Below, in pieces: positions 25,635-38,012 of a stretch of 64,000 nt of DNA. Positions within the stretch are counted from its first letter, which is position 1. The number at the start of each line of letters is the position of its first letter. Both the position numbers and the translations under genes were made by a program. The notes beneath the pieces are model-generated. The model made no database searches and was not told the origin of the DNA. It worked only from the letters and a program-made list of their open reading frames with translations. Source of the DNA: Callorhinchus milii (taxonomy: Eukaryota); contig NW_024704743.1 of NCBI RefSeq assembly GCF_018977255.1, positions 45,448,001 through 45,512,000 of the forward strand, read 5' to 3'.

Positions 25635-26907
25635 GGTAAATCTGATAGTGTCACCCTAATTGCATTGTAAACATATAAGGCAGTTAAGTACTGTCGACCA
25701 TTTTGGGATGTCCTCCTTATATGAAAGCTGCTATACAAATGTAAATTTGTATTGAACTGTTATGTTGAAACTTGTTGTAATGAGGTTTTACTGTATTACA
25801 ACTGAAACATAACCATGAAATCGTAGAAGTTACAGCACACAAGGAAACCGTTTGGCTATCAGCCTATAAGATGATATTAGCTCACCTACTGAGCAATTCT
25901 GATATACTGCTCACTTCATATATTTTTCCTCTTCAAACGTTATTTCAATTTCTTTTTAAATGTGGTTATATTCTCAGTCTATTAGACTTCTCATTCCACT
26001 GGAAACACACTCATTATTTTGAGTTTATATTTAGAGCTATACGTTCCCACACCTGGGAATAAGATCATATCACCCAATAATAAAGCATATACAATATAAC
26101 AAAGCTAATTTTGCAGATTTTATAGTTAGTAATATTGGTCCATCATGTTATGTTTTCCCTCTCCATTTAAACTACAAATATAAATATTGTAGTTGAGGAA
26201 TACTGTTGAATAATAAACAATTTCATCCCCATTTTCACTGTTATGTAAGAATTTATTTTAAAAAGTAACAATCTCAAGGGCTTTTAATGTTAATCAATAA
26301 TCATCAACTACTAGTCTGAGCTGTAATTTTCATTTTCTTATTCTTACTAACCACTTTCAACAATATTACAGAACAAACAAAATTCCTTGTTGCTACCACT
26401 GGTGAAATTGGTCAAGCATTATTAACATTATTTACATTTTATAAACATCTGTATTCCTGAGATACGAACAGTATGATTGCTCATTAGACTGTAACCCTGC
26501 TATTACTTATTTGAATTATTTCCTGTTACCTTGTGCTCTTCCGCTAATTCTTCGCAATTGTCATTCAGGGAAGCGATTCTCCGTGGAGCTGAACTGGTTC
26601 CAAGGTGAGGTGCTTGACAATGGAATGTCAGAATCAAGTCAACCCTCTGGGGCGGGAGTGGAGGAGGGGAGTCTCAGCAGTCTGGTTCCTGAGCCAGGCA
26701 GGTCCACAGTATTCCAGGGCACTGCGGCCAGCCTGGCTCATCAGGAGGAGTTGGAAGGGCTGACTGGGCAATGGGGCAGCGATTCCTCCCAATCAGCTCC
26801 TGTTAACCCTGCAAGGTGAAGTCCTAATGACCAGAGTGGCCCTAACTGGACAAGCAGCAGAAAGCTTGCCACACAGAGCTTTCAATGGTAAGCTATTATG
26901 TGGTTTC

Positions 26908-27352
26908 AGCTGCTTTCAAGATCCTCGCCCTCACCTACAAGGCCATTCACGGCCTCGCTCCCTCCTACCTCTCTGACCTACTATCCCCCTACCTACCTGC
27001 CCGTACCCTCCGTTCCTCTGGCTCCGGTCTGCTCCACATCCCCCGCCCCAACCGCCCTACCATCGGTGGTCGGGCCTTCAGCCTCTCAGCCCCGAGGCTC
27101 TGGAACTCTATCCCCCAGTGCCTTCACCGCCTCCTCCCTTTCCTCCTTCAAGGCCGGTCTCAAGACCTTTCTCTTTGACTGTGCCTTCAGCTCCCCTCTC
27201 GACTCTCTACCCCCTCCTCGCTCCCTCCCTTCCCTCCCCTCACCCTGACCATTTACCCCCTCTCGGGTCCTGACCCAACTGTACAGCGCCTTGGGACGTC
27301 CTCCCGACGTGAAAGGCGCTCTATAAATGGAATCCTGTTGTTGTTGTTGTTG
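26908..27352 (+). mobile_element. L2 LINE 3' fragment, little diverged, with (TTG)n tail
   Basis: FKILALTYKAIHGLAPSYLSDLL...GGRAFSLSAPRLWNSIP; tail cagcgccttgggacgtcctcccgacgtgaaaggcgctctataaatg. Confidence 0.92.
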
Positions 27353-28603
27353 TAAATTCCAGAGTAACCCCCAAAACACACTATAGAGTTGCCAGACTGC
27401 ACCTAATAATCTCTGGAGTTGGGTAAGCGCTCTGAGACGCTGTCCGGCATGGAGGGCGCAATATAAATGGAAGTTGTTGTTGTTGTAAGCAGATTTTGTG
27501 CCTCCAGTGAGAGAGTATGTATTCTATTTCAGACCCAGAAATTTCCATGTGGACTGTGTGGAACTCTCAGTCTGGTCTGGATACTCTTAAGCATGGTGAT
27601 ACATTTCTGCATGTTTCAGAATCCCAGCTGACCAAAACAAGAATCTAAGCTGATAAATTTATATTTTGTTTATTATTATTTTCCTCCTAAAGAAATCATG
27701 ATTTATTGTTGCTTTTATATTAATGGGCTAAATACCAGTTAGTACAGCTCTGTACACATGCTCAATTGTTCTTTGCAGAGGCCTCCTAGCCTTCGGTAAG
27801 GACAATTCTGAGTGGGTTACAAAGATCAGGTTTCCTGTTCTGAACCGTGGTTCTCCTGGAGAATTAAGCAAGAAACAAAATTGACACTGCTCTCTCAAGG
27901 GAGGATACTGCAAATTTGCTCGCTGCTTCCACAGATAATTGAATGCAATTTAAGCATATCTATCCTTCCTCCTACATTATTTAATGATGTCTGCTTACTT
28001 TTCATGTCCCAGCAGCTCAGGAACCATTGTGCAGCAGAGCATTGGATCATCTCCAGCTATACTTCCTCTTCTGACTTTCAATACCATTTCTATTGAGATA
28101 CAACCTATTTCCAATGATGTTAATTAAAGCAGCATTAACTTTCACTGAGGGTCTGTTCCACATTCTACTCTCTGGGGAACAAGGATTATTTTAGTCTCAC
28201 TGGAGATTCGCTAATTTTGTGCCTGTATCCTCTCATACTGCTTTACAGTAACTGCTTTTTTGCTGCTTTAACCAGTTTGTCTCTGGGGGCCTATCATTGG
28301 AAAATCACATTTTCTCAGCTCTGAATTTGGCGAAGCAGGTGGGAAGACATTGTGCCTGAATCAAGATTTACTTTATTTAGCATTTTAGAAAGTCCAGAAT
28401 TCAGTAAATTGTTGAATTCAGTCTTTTTTGAGTATTGTGTTTTGTTTTAGGTCCCAATTCCTAGGAAGAATATGTTAGTCTTCAAGGGTAACCAAATGAC
28501 AATTAACACCAGGGCTGAACAGACTGAGCTAGTGAGAGGTTAGGTAACCTAGTTTATACTCCTTTCAACAAAGGTTAAAGGTGATTTGATTCAGGTGTGT
28601 AAT

Positions 28604-28810
28604 TAATAATAATCCTTGCATTTGATATAGCGCTTTTCACGTCGGGAGGACGTCCCAAAGCGCTTCACAGAGCACACTGTAAAGTGAATTGACTGTATAT
28701 TTGTGGGCAAACGCGGCAGCCAATTGCGCACAGCAATGTCCCACAAACAGTCGTAGATTGAAAATGACCAATTTATTATTGTTTTTGGTTTTGGAGGGAT
28801 TATTATTAAT
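28604..28810 (-). mobile_element. tRNA-derived SINE, 3' half (5'-truncated), little diverged
   Basis: Near-consensus 3' block and tail ataataatccttgcatttgatatagcgcttttcacgtcgggaggacgtccc. Confidence 0.88.
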
Positions 28811-29319
28811 GAAAGGAATTTCCAGGTTAGATAGTAGACAACTCTTCCCTTTGGTAGAGAAATGCATTACAAGGGGGGCATAGCCTTAAAATAAGGACTG
28901 AGGTGGTTAGAGGTCAGGAGTATTTCTTGATTGAAGCACCTTGGGACGTCCTCCTGACTTGAAAGGCGCTATACAAATGTAATTTTGTTGTTGTTGTAGA
29001 GTTAAATTAACAGTGATATTTAGAAGAGGGATAGTTGGGATTAAGATTAAATGATCTGACAAATTCTAACAAACTGGTAGCATAGGCCTGGTGGGTTGAA
29101 TGGCAAAATGTTCCCATTTTCTCATGTTTCTATGTACACATGCACAAGAGATTCTATCTAAAGCCATATCATTCCAAGTGCTAAACATGTTTGTGTCCAG
29201 CTGAATTCTGCTTAAAATGAGAAAGGGAAGCAAAGTAATGTTTGTTGGTTAAAACTCATGTCTCTTTTTTAATTCTGTTTCCTAGTCAAATAGTGAATCA
29301 ATTTGACTACTAGATTAAA

Positions 29320-30950
29320 TGAACCCCTTAAAATTGAAAAAGAACACAAAACAAATTTTCATCATACATTTTATTTTTAAACATTCAGTACAATAAAAAG
29401 AATTCTTAAGTATAACAAAAATAAAACATACCAACTTTTGTAAATCCCTTTTAATATATTGTTTTTCATGTTGCAAACATGAATAGAAACCATATTTAAA
29501 ATACATTTATTCACTGCATTTGCACACCACAGGTGAGTAATAATTAAATTTATTCTCTACATACAAAATCTTTTGTTGAACGATCTAAGAGTGCAAAACA
29601 TCATATCATTATTATTACATTAACAGTTAAAAATGGTGAACATTTTTCTCACTTTTCTTTGTTATTTAAAATAATGTAGTGACGTCACAATCAGAAGTGA
29701 CTGGTAGACGGCCAAATTCCAGAAGGAACCTGGCTGCATGACATTAGGAAACTTCTGAGACTTATAAACACGAGCAAAGACTCTTAACGACTTGGTCACA
29801 GGGTCATAGAACTAAGAAACGAATGATGTTCTTTATGCACTAGTAATACTGGGATACTGACAATGAGGTAGCAGATCCTCATCCTTAGTTAGATAGAAAG
29901 TCACAGAAACAGCAGCTTTTATCAATTAAAATTGAGTGATATTAGTGCAACTTAAGACGTGACTTCAATCTATTGTATTTAGTTTCATTACATAGCAGCA
30001 AAGTACTGTATTCTGAAAATGAAGAATTCAAATTTTCAGGTTAAAATACATGTGTTGCAACCATATGCAATTCTGCTAAAATTAGGAAAAATAATCAACA
30101 CCAATAGAAACTTACAGATATTGAATCAGCCACAACCAATGCTGATGCTACAACTGGATCACTAGTTGCTACTGTATTTACATTTCATTTTGAGTAATAT
30201 GGCACAGTATGTTAGAAAATATATGATAGTAAACTTTCTCCCAAATATGTCTTGTTCTGTGTCAGCAATTTACTTTGAATGACACACTGATGCTCAGAGA
30301 AGTTTAAATCAAGAAATCTTTGACATTTTCTGTACATTCATTCGCACAAACAAAACTGAGCAGACATGTATAGACAGCCTGTCTCATGGACAACTGATCA
30401 AGCAAGTGTTACCAATTGAATGCCAATATTTCTCATTTATGAGTACAAAGTGTACCTACCCGCTTTGTCTTTTGTTCTTCAAACTAAGTCAGAAATATCT
30501 TCTGATGGTGCTGGATCCTTGGCCACTACAATCTTGATTACTCAACTATCACTGTGGTTAATCTTGTTCTAATCAGGTTGCTATCATTCTTTCATCTGCC
30601 TGAGAATACCTTGAACAACTACGAATCCCTTTGTAAGACAAGCTGCTTCTGCATCTTGTAGAAATGAAACCAGCAATGCTTTGCCAACACAAATATGACT
30701 GGTTTCTTTATTGAAGTAGAAAGTGTCCTTTAATGTTTGAAGGTCTGTACAAATAGCAACGAATGACTTGCACGTGCTCTATACATGGGCAGGGGGTGGG
30801 GAATGGAGGATAGTTGACCACTGGATTCCATTTTGGCCTTCCGAATCAGCCAATCTTAGTATCCCATTGGCTCAATACAGTAAGTATCTATACAGATGTT
30901 GAAAAAGCATCCTTTCTCATGGCTGCAAAAAGCAGGGAATCTCATGAATA
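29320..30950 (-). other. NEK10: Putative NEK10 3' UTR with candidate AATAAA poly(A) signals
   Basis: Free of the SINE/LINE relics common elsewhere and increasingly AT-rich toward its end. Plus-strand tttatt (minus-strand AATAAA) at 29549-29554, 29506-29511 and 29370-29375. Confidence 0.45.
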
Positions 30951-31020
30951 TCATACTGACTCACAGGACTTCAGCTCGGAAATCTTGAGCTTATGAGATA
31001 CTGTAGTGTACAGGAGATCT
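30951..31020 (-). CDS. NEK10: Probable terminal NEK10 coding segment: (R)DLLYTTVSHKLKISELKSCESV*
   Basis: Strong acceptor ttgtgtttcctgcag|A, in phase 2 with the GC donor; TGA at 30953-30951; followed by ~1.6 kb of repeat-free AT-rich sequence. No peptide similarity that I can recall. Confidence 0.5.
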
Positions 31021-31352
31021 CTGCAGGAAACACAATTTACCTTGTAAAGCCTTTCTTTCAGCAGCTGGGAGCTAGTACTGTTATCGCTTACCTGAGCAGC
31101 ACTTTTCAACACCACTGAAATAATATTTAAGTGGGGGAAATAAAATTTAAATAAATCCAAAGAGTGGTGCATACCTATTTAAAGCAAAAGTTGGACAATT
31201 CCTAATTCAGTACTGTTCAATGTTACCCTTTTTGCAATAGCTGATTTTTTAAAACAATTTTAGATGTTATACATTAAGGTACTGTGCATTATGGTAAGAG
31301 TTTATCCAATGCTACCTGTTGCTAAATCCAACGGTAATAAATCCCTCAAGGA

Positions 31353-31502
31353 GCAGTTTCCTCTTGTGGCTTGGTGCTCCAGATGGAACAGTAGACTGTA
31401 TACAGAGACCACCTTTCGAGGGATAGGTTATCAGGTTGATTGATAAGCTATGCATGCAGTCTACTGTACCATCTGAAGCAGCAAGCCAAGAGAGGAAACA
31501 GC
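31353..31502. repeat. Inverted repeat: 52-bp arms, 46-nt spacer
   Basis: 31353-31404 versus the reverse complement of 31451-31502 matches at 44 of 52 positions without gaps (hand alignment). Confidence 0.9.
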
Positions 31503-32041
31503 AATACAATTATTTAATTTAGGCAAAAGAATGTAATGCTAATATCAGCCTGAGCTCTTATGCATAATATTTTGTTGCATAGCAATACTAGCCCTTACAC
31601 TACTGAATTTCATATGATTAGCCCAAAAGAATGAATATTTTAAGGATTTAAATTAGATGGCAATATTTGATAGTATATACTGTAGAGTGTGTTTGAATAC
31701 ACATTTGTTTTCACTCCCCCCATTTAGTTCCCTATTTATTTAATATAAAGTAATGCAGTATCTGTCAAATGTGCAATTATCTACGTTTTCCAGTAAATAT
31801 GAAAATTCCTGTGGAGTTCAGTCTTTCCTGTAATCCCACAAGCAGGCAGTTCTGTTGTGAAGCCCAGGAGAGTTTCTGATTAAAGAAAGCTAGCGTCTTG
31901 CAGTCAGATGGTTCTTGATTGTCCAAGGGTAAGTGTGATTCCTGAGACAGAAAAAATTGAAGGTCACTGTATTGTATGCCTAAGTGGAGAAGCAAATTGA
32001 ATTATTGCTGCCTGCGAGTTTGGAGTGCTGCATTTTAGTCG

Positions 32042-32416
32042 GAGTCCTGTAGCTTCATGGTTATAGCACTCGCCTCAAGCGAGAGGACCTGGATTCGATT
32101 CCCAGGCAGGAACAAAATCTTAGGCAAGTTTCCTTACTCCACATGCCTGTTTACCTAGCAGTAAGTAGGAACCCGGTTGTTAGTTGATTACTGGATCGAT
32201 TTTCCGGGTGTAATAATTCCTTAAAAAAAAATTTAAATAATAATAATTTGGTCACTCAATCAACGACTGTTTAGGGGACACTGCGTGCGCAATTGGCTGC
32301 CACATTTCGGCCACAAAATGTACAGTGAATTCACTTTACAGATTAATCTGTGCAGTGCTTTGAGACGGCTAGAAAACGTGAAAAGGCGCTATATCAAATG
32401 CAAGGATTATTGTTAT
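32042..32416 (+). mobile_element. tRNA-derived SINE, long subfamily, full length (NEK10 last intron)
   Basis: Head, central segment, Deu-type block and L2-like tail are all present. Confidence 0.92.
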
Positions 32417-33364
32417 AGAGGGTGCTGAAGAGGGGCCATGACCAGTAAATGGTTGATGTTAATGGGAAAGCTGGAACTAATTTAGCATTACTATGCAGGC
32501 CGGCTGAGGCCAAGATTCAAATCAACATGTTCCCAGTCCAGAAGCTACTGCCCTTTGTACACCACGACCAGGGCTGCCCTTGTGATTTTTTTAACCAAAT
32601 TGCTGGCAGCTGTATGGTTATGCGACCAGGGACTAGTATGCTCATTACTGAAGTAAATAAGGAGACTTTATGCCAATACTAATCAGTTAAAAAAAAAGCA
32701 TATTTTTAAAAAAGTGAGTCCCTTGTCTTAATAATGCACTTGGAACATGATAATGAACAACACAAAATTTACCCCAAGATGTAAAGTGTAAGGATTTCTT
32801 AAACAAAGTTTTACGTCTTAGCTTCAGCACTGTTTTCATTAGAATGTGTAAAATAGGTCCGAGATAGATCTTTGCATAATATCTGTAATTTACGATAAGG
32901 CATGTTCTACCTACATTTTGTGAACAGTGAATTCGGTTGTGTTGTCAGCTGCGGAAAACAACACAGACAAAATTTCATGATTTGTTTCTAATGTCCTTGC
33001 CTTTTCCTATATTTCTGATGTAACCTGGCTGACTCCAATTTATCAATTTACAGCCCTTTAACAAATACAGAAAGAGAGCTAAAGCTGTGCATTTTGGAAC
33101 AAACTAGAATACGTTTCATTATTGAATCCGATATCCATATATCCTTCAACACAGCCCTCATGCACATATCTTTCCATTTTTTTCTGAAGCAATTAATCAA
33201 AGCAGCACAAACAGCTTTTTTTAAAGCAGACTGCTCCACAGACCTGCTATTCTGTGTAAAAAAAAGGCTTCTAGTCCTTCAATACCTTGTTAATTGTAAC
33301 CTATTCTCTCTGGTTCTCCTCTCATCGTTTAAGTCAAATTTTAATCCTTATCACCTTAAGGAAG

Positions 33365-33694
33365 CACCTTATCATGTCTTCTAGACGTCTCAAAGCGCTT
33401 CACAGAATATATTGTAAAGTGAATTGACTGTGCATTTGTGGGCGAAACTCGGCAGCAATTGCACACAGCAGTATCCCACAAACAGTCGTGCATCGAGTGA
33501 AAGTTTTTGTTCGGAGGAGAAAGATTATTATCCCCAGAAAGCGATCCGGCAATCGACTAACAACCGGGTTTCTGCTAGGTAAACAGAGGCACGTGGAGTA
33601 AGGAAACTTGCCTAAGGTTTTGCCTGGCCTGGGAATTGAAACTGGATCCTCTCGATTTTGAAGCAAGCAGGCTAACTGCTAAGCTATGGGACTC
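33365..33694 (-). mobile_element. tRNA-derived SINE, long subfamily
   Basis: Reverse complement of the consensus, including ggtaaacagaggcacgtggagtaaggaaacttgcc and the head. Confidence 0.88.
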
Positions 33695-34172
33695 TAAATC
33701 TGCTTACTTCAACATCAGCATTGGAAGTGGAAGGTTTGTGCCAAATCACTGTGCCGGAGTTGGGGTAGAATTAATACCCGACAATTAATTAACCACTGTT
33801 GGACTACAGTCTTCAACAATGTAATGATTAGCATATAATCACATTTTTCACAGCATCATTTTAAAGCAAGTCCTAGGTTATAGCTCAGTCTCATTCCCAG
33901 AACAAATTCAGACTTGCAAACCTGTCCTCACAACTTAGCTCTTTCTTTTTGAAATCTCTCCAATATGTCAATGTTCTTTGCAAGGCAGAGTGCACAAAGT
34001 TCAGCTTTCGTCTTGTAATTTCCTCACCAGTTTAACTTTGCTGAACCTCCTATGTTAACCACCCCTTATACTGACTGTAGATGAGAGGGTTGCAGGGGCT
34101 TTGAAAACCATTTCCACCAGGTTTTAAACTAAATATAAATAATTAACTATGAGTGGAGCTTTATGCACTCGC

Positions 34173-34234
34173 CTGTTCACTGTGTTCAGGATATCATAAT
34201 AGCCGCTTTCCATTAGAACCTCTTCAATAATCGT
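34173..34234 (-). CDS. NEK10: NEK10 coding exon: TIIEEVLMESGYYDILNTVN(R); 3' boundary at a probable GC donor
   Basis: ttgttctacag|ACG acceptor; matches recalled human TVIEEVLEESGYYNFTSNR. Best donor is AAC AG|gcgagt (non-canonical GC), so the 3' boundary is less certain. Confidence 0.85.
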
Positions 34235-34426
34235 CTGTAGAACAAACAAGCAACAGAATATTTGAACACGTGGCACTTTTGGATGATGAAAATCTGAATA
34301 TGTTTCTTTTCATATATAATCTGCAAAAATAACTGATTAAATTTCTAATAGATTTGAGTAACTTCCTGTACAGAAGTAATGTGGAGAAGACAAACATTTC
34401 AGCATGGAAAATAAAATAGCACCAAC

Positions 34427-34479
34427 CTGCATCTGCTCGTATGTTATTCCCTCCTCATATTCGTAGCTGTAGCTATTCA
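34427..34479 (-). CDS. NEK10: NEK10 coding exon: (V)NSYSYEYEEGITYEQMQ
   Basis: ttcaatttcag|TG acceptor, CAG|gttggt donor; 53 nt, phase 1 to 0. Contains the conserved EEGITYEQMQ motif. Confidence 0.93.
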
Positions 34480-36499
34480 CTGAAATTGAACAGAGAATGC
34501 GTCATTGCAAGAAAAAAACAGACAAAAAACATAGAACAGCAAATAAAGGCTCTTATTCAAAAAGCACCATAGGAAAAAATTAGTTACTCCACTACTCCAC
34601 GACTGCTGATTAGAATTCCATCCAAAACACTGTCATTTCACACAGCACAATAGATGTTTGGATGAAGAAAGCTCTTTGACCCATTTGATCTCATCTTTCC
34701 AGTATACTCATCCCTTCCCTTAACATAATCAAAATGTTTTTCAATTGAGTCAAGTGTTCAGCTTTCAACTACACTTCCTGATAACCTGTTCTAGCAACTA
34801 ATTACCCCTGGTGTAAATAGGTTCCTAGTGTCTAGCCTAAAGTTGCCCTCTACAACCTTGAACCTGTGCCATTTTGCCTTGCGAAGTCTTATCTTTACGA
34901 TTACCACAAGTGATTGGAAAGTGAAAGAAAAATAAATCACGAAGTAGTAACCACAAGTGAGGCTAGATCAAATGTAAACTGGATAAGCATCCGAGAAGTT
35001 AGGGGTTTAATGGATATGGGAAAAGGGCTAGAAAATGGGATTAACATTTGCGTACAAAATACACAGTCATTGTACTTTACAGTTTATCCTATGAAACACT
35101 TTGAGATGTCTTTTGACTTGAAAGGGGCTTTATCAATGTAAAGATTGAATAATGATTATTATTAATAATAATAAGCCTTACACTTGACATATAATAACAA
35201 TAAACAACACAAAGATAGCAACAGCATAGACACGATGGGCCAAATGGCTTTCTGTGCCAAAAAAATGTTGTTTACTTCTATCAGGTCCCCTCCACAATAA
35301 ACCTTTTCAAGAGCTAACATATCTAGCCATTCATCATAGTTCATTCTTTTAATACTGGGGATCAGTATTGACTGAATGAAACCTATCTCAACATTCGCAA
35401 CATGACTGATGTGTGCTTTTCTATCACTGTTGTTTGTGAACTTACTTATTTTATACATTGCAGTTGGAGGCATCAATATTACTTTTTGCACTGAAAAAGT
35501 ATTTGTTTCAGCTGCTTGAATATGCTGGATTCGGCAGGCACGTAAATGAAATGTTAAGAAGCAACATTAGGCATGAAGTTAAAATCAGAGAGGTGGGCAA
35601 TGTGCAGGGTTAATATGTAATCCATAAATGTTTCAAAAGATTATGAATAGAGTTTTGTTTTGATATGAATAATTGAGTTTGGCAGCTTGATTGTTTGTGT
35701 CATTGATTGGCCTGTTTATCCAAACGAGTTGAACGTGCAATTTTAATGATTCATGGGCTTGACCTGCAGTCAACATATCATGAATTTGACCCTAATAACA
35801 GTTTAGCTATAAATTGCATTACCACATTTATGTAAAATAATTTAGAGTGTGCAGTTATATTGTTCAGGTTGACTGAAAGTGTACATATGCATGACCTCTA
35901 TCTATGCCCAGTTTACCTGTTGTGGTATAATAGCCCATAATTAAAGTTTCCCCATGGATGCACTTAAGAGTAAAAACCTCACTTTAGTTTGTAAGACAAC
36001 ATTAGCTAAGCTTTAGAAGCTAAGATCAAGATCAGTACTTTGTTGCTTATCTTCAGGATTAATCTCTGTGGCTAACATAGTCGAAATCAGAGCCTGAATG
36101 CAGAAATATTGATCTATTAAAATGAAGTTCAAAGACAAAACAGAGGATAAAATATGTGATTAGTGACATGATAATTTTCACTGGTGATAATCATCACATG
36201 GGCAGAATGTTAATCAAAACCAGTCAAGAGTTATCAGTGATATATTTATTGCTTTCCCGCTGCTTGGCCAGCTAGGACCACCCCAGCTGTTAGGGCTTTG
36301 GCTGCAGGGTTAACAGGAACTGAGTGGAATGACTCCCTGCCCCCAGTGACTGGTTTGCCCTTCCAGGTCCTGCCGATGAGCCAAGATGGCTATGCTGTCC
36401 TTAGCAGTGCCCTGGGATACCATGGACCTGCTTGGCTCAGGAACTGGACTACAGAGACCGCCACAGAGGGCTGGTTCGATTCTGACATTCCACTGTCGG

Positions 36500-36812
36500 G
36501 CATGTCAAGGACTTGGAGAGGGTGCAGAGGAGATTTACCAGAATGGTATCAGGGACCAAGGACTTAGATATGTGGAGAGACTAAAGAAGCTAGGATTGTT
36601 CTCCTTAGAGCAGAGAAGGTTAAGGGGAGATTTAATAGAGGTGTTCAAAATTATGAGGGGTGTCAATAGAGTAGATAGGAGAAACTGTTTCCACTGGCAG
36701 GTTGTCAGTAACCAGGGCACATAGATTTAAGATAATTGGCTAAAGAATCAGAGGGGAGAGAAGGAGACATTGTTTTACACAGAGAGTTGTTACGGTCCAG
36801 AATGCACAGCTC
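36500..36812 (+). mobile_element. CR1-clade LINE fragment (RT C-terminus)
   Basis: DLERVQRRFTRM...YVERLKKLGLFSLEQRRLRGDLIEVFKIMRG. Confidence 0.9.
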
Positions 36813-37523
36813 GAGGCTAGGCAGTGAGCTGTTTGATTTATAGCTCATTCTTCATAATTTAGTTATATAAACCAGATAAAATAGAAATGAGGAAAAAGAG
36901 ACGTGCACAAAAAAATCAAAGGCATAAACAACTCAAAATAAACCCTTGGCCAATAAGTTTTCACTTAGGAAAATGAACTGTATTAAAACTTAACAGCCAC
37001 CAAATGTGATTTCAGTCACTAACATGTAAGATCCCCCTCATGTTTGGAAAGCATTTCAAGGTGTTATTGTAAGTGAAACGTGTTATACAAGTGCTAATTG
37101 CTATTGTTGTCACCTAATAATACTTGTAATGATTCAATAGCACTAAACTTGTTTCCAAGCAAATGTTGGAAGTTTCCCACTAAGAACACATTTATATAAA
37201 CATTGAAATGTATGATTCTAACTGTGGAGTCATTACACTTCTGCCAATATCTCAGTTGAACTAAATTCATTTAGCATACGACAGCATGTGGTTAGAAGAT
37301 GCTGCAGTTTTGTCTGGTTACAATCTCCAGTTTCCCCATCATACAGTGATATGATGTTGGCAGAGTTGAGTGCAGCTATTCTGTTCTTCTTCCTCAGAAG
37401 GATAAGTACTGTGAGGATTTCCATCCAGCTGTTTTCAAAACCCCTTTCATTGGAAACATGGATGTACAGAATAAGATAATACATCTGTCTGATCCCAAAG
37501 TAAAAAAAACTTGCACATATTAC

Positions 37524-37632
37524 CTGCCCTGTCTCCAGGAAACACTGAATTCTCTCTTGATGTCTGATGCATTAAACTACAATCTGCTGTCACAAAGTTC
37601 AGCTCAATCAATTCAGGAGAACCCTGCAGAAG
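37524..37632 (-). CDS. NEK10: NEK10 coding exon: LLQGSPELIELNFVTADCSLMHQTSRENSVFPGDRA
   Basis: tttttttctggcag acceptor, GCA G|gtaata donor; 109 nt, phase 0 to 1. Aligns with recalled human LSQGSPEPIEPNFFTADYHLLHRSSGGNSLSPNDPT. Confidence 0.92.
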
Positions 37633-38012
37633 CTGCCAGAAAAAAAATTAGGAAATAAAGCACACCTGTTTCAACATGTTACATGTGCTGGCTGAAGCCT
37701 CAAAGAAATAGGAAAGAATTGAGCTTAGATAAATCAATTTCCACAATTTCAAGTACTATATTTACCTTTTCATTACTTTTCAAAGCACTTACTGAAAACT
37801 TAGACACATTATATCATCACAAGTATTGCATAACTACCATGTAGTTTGAAAATCCCTTTCACAGTAAACTACTTCCTTCTCTGTCAAACGAGGTTTGAAT
37901 GAAAAGCAAGCAGTGTTGAACGGTAGCAATGGAAACAGGGTTGAACAGCCTGTTGGCCCAGAAGTAAAAATATTAATTGTCTAGAAATATGGTCACCCCG
38001 AGAAGCCTGATA

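Noticed and set aside
36455..36505. Antisense reading TCPTVECQNRTSPLWR resembling a GATA zinc-finger motif
   Set aside because: Wrong Cys spacing, immediately followed by a stop, and not evidently kept in other copies of the repeat; treated as coincidence.
37233..37484. 83-aa minus-strand ORF just downstream of a NEK10 exon
   Set aside because: It would need an implausibly short (~35-40 nt) intron, shows no NEK10 similarity, and the flanking exons already splice in phase.
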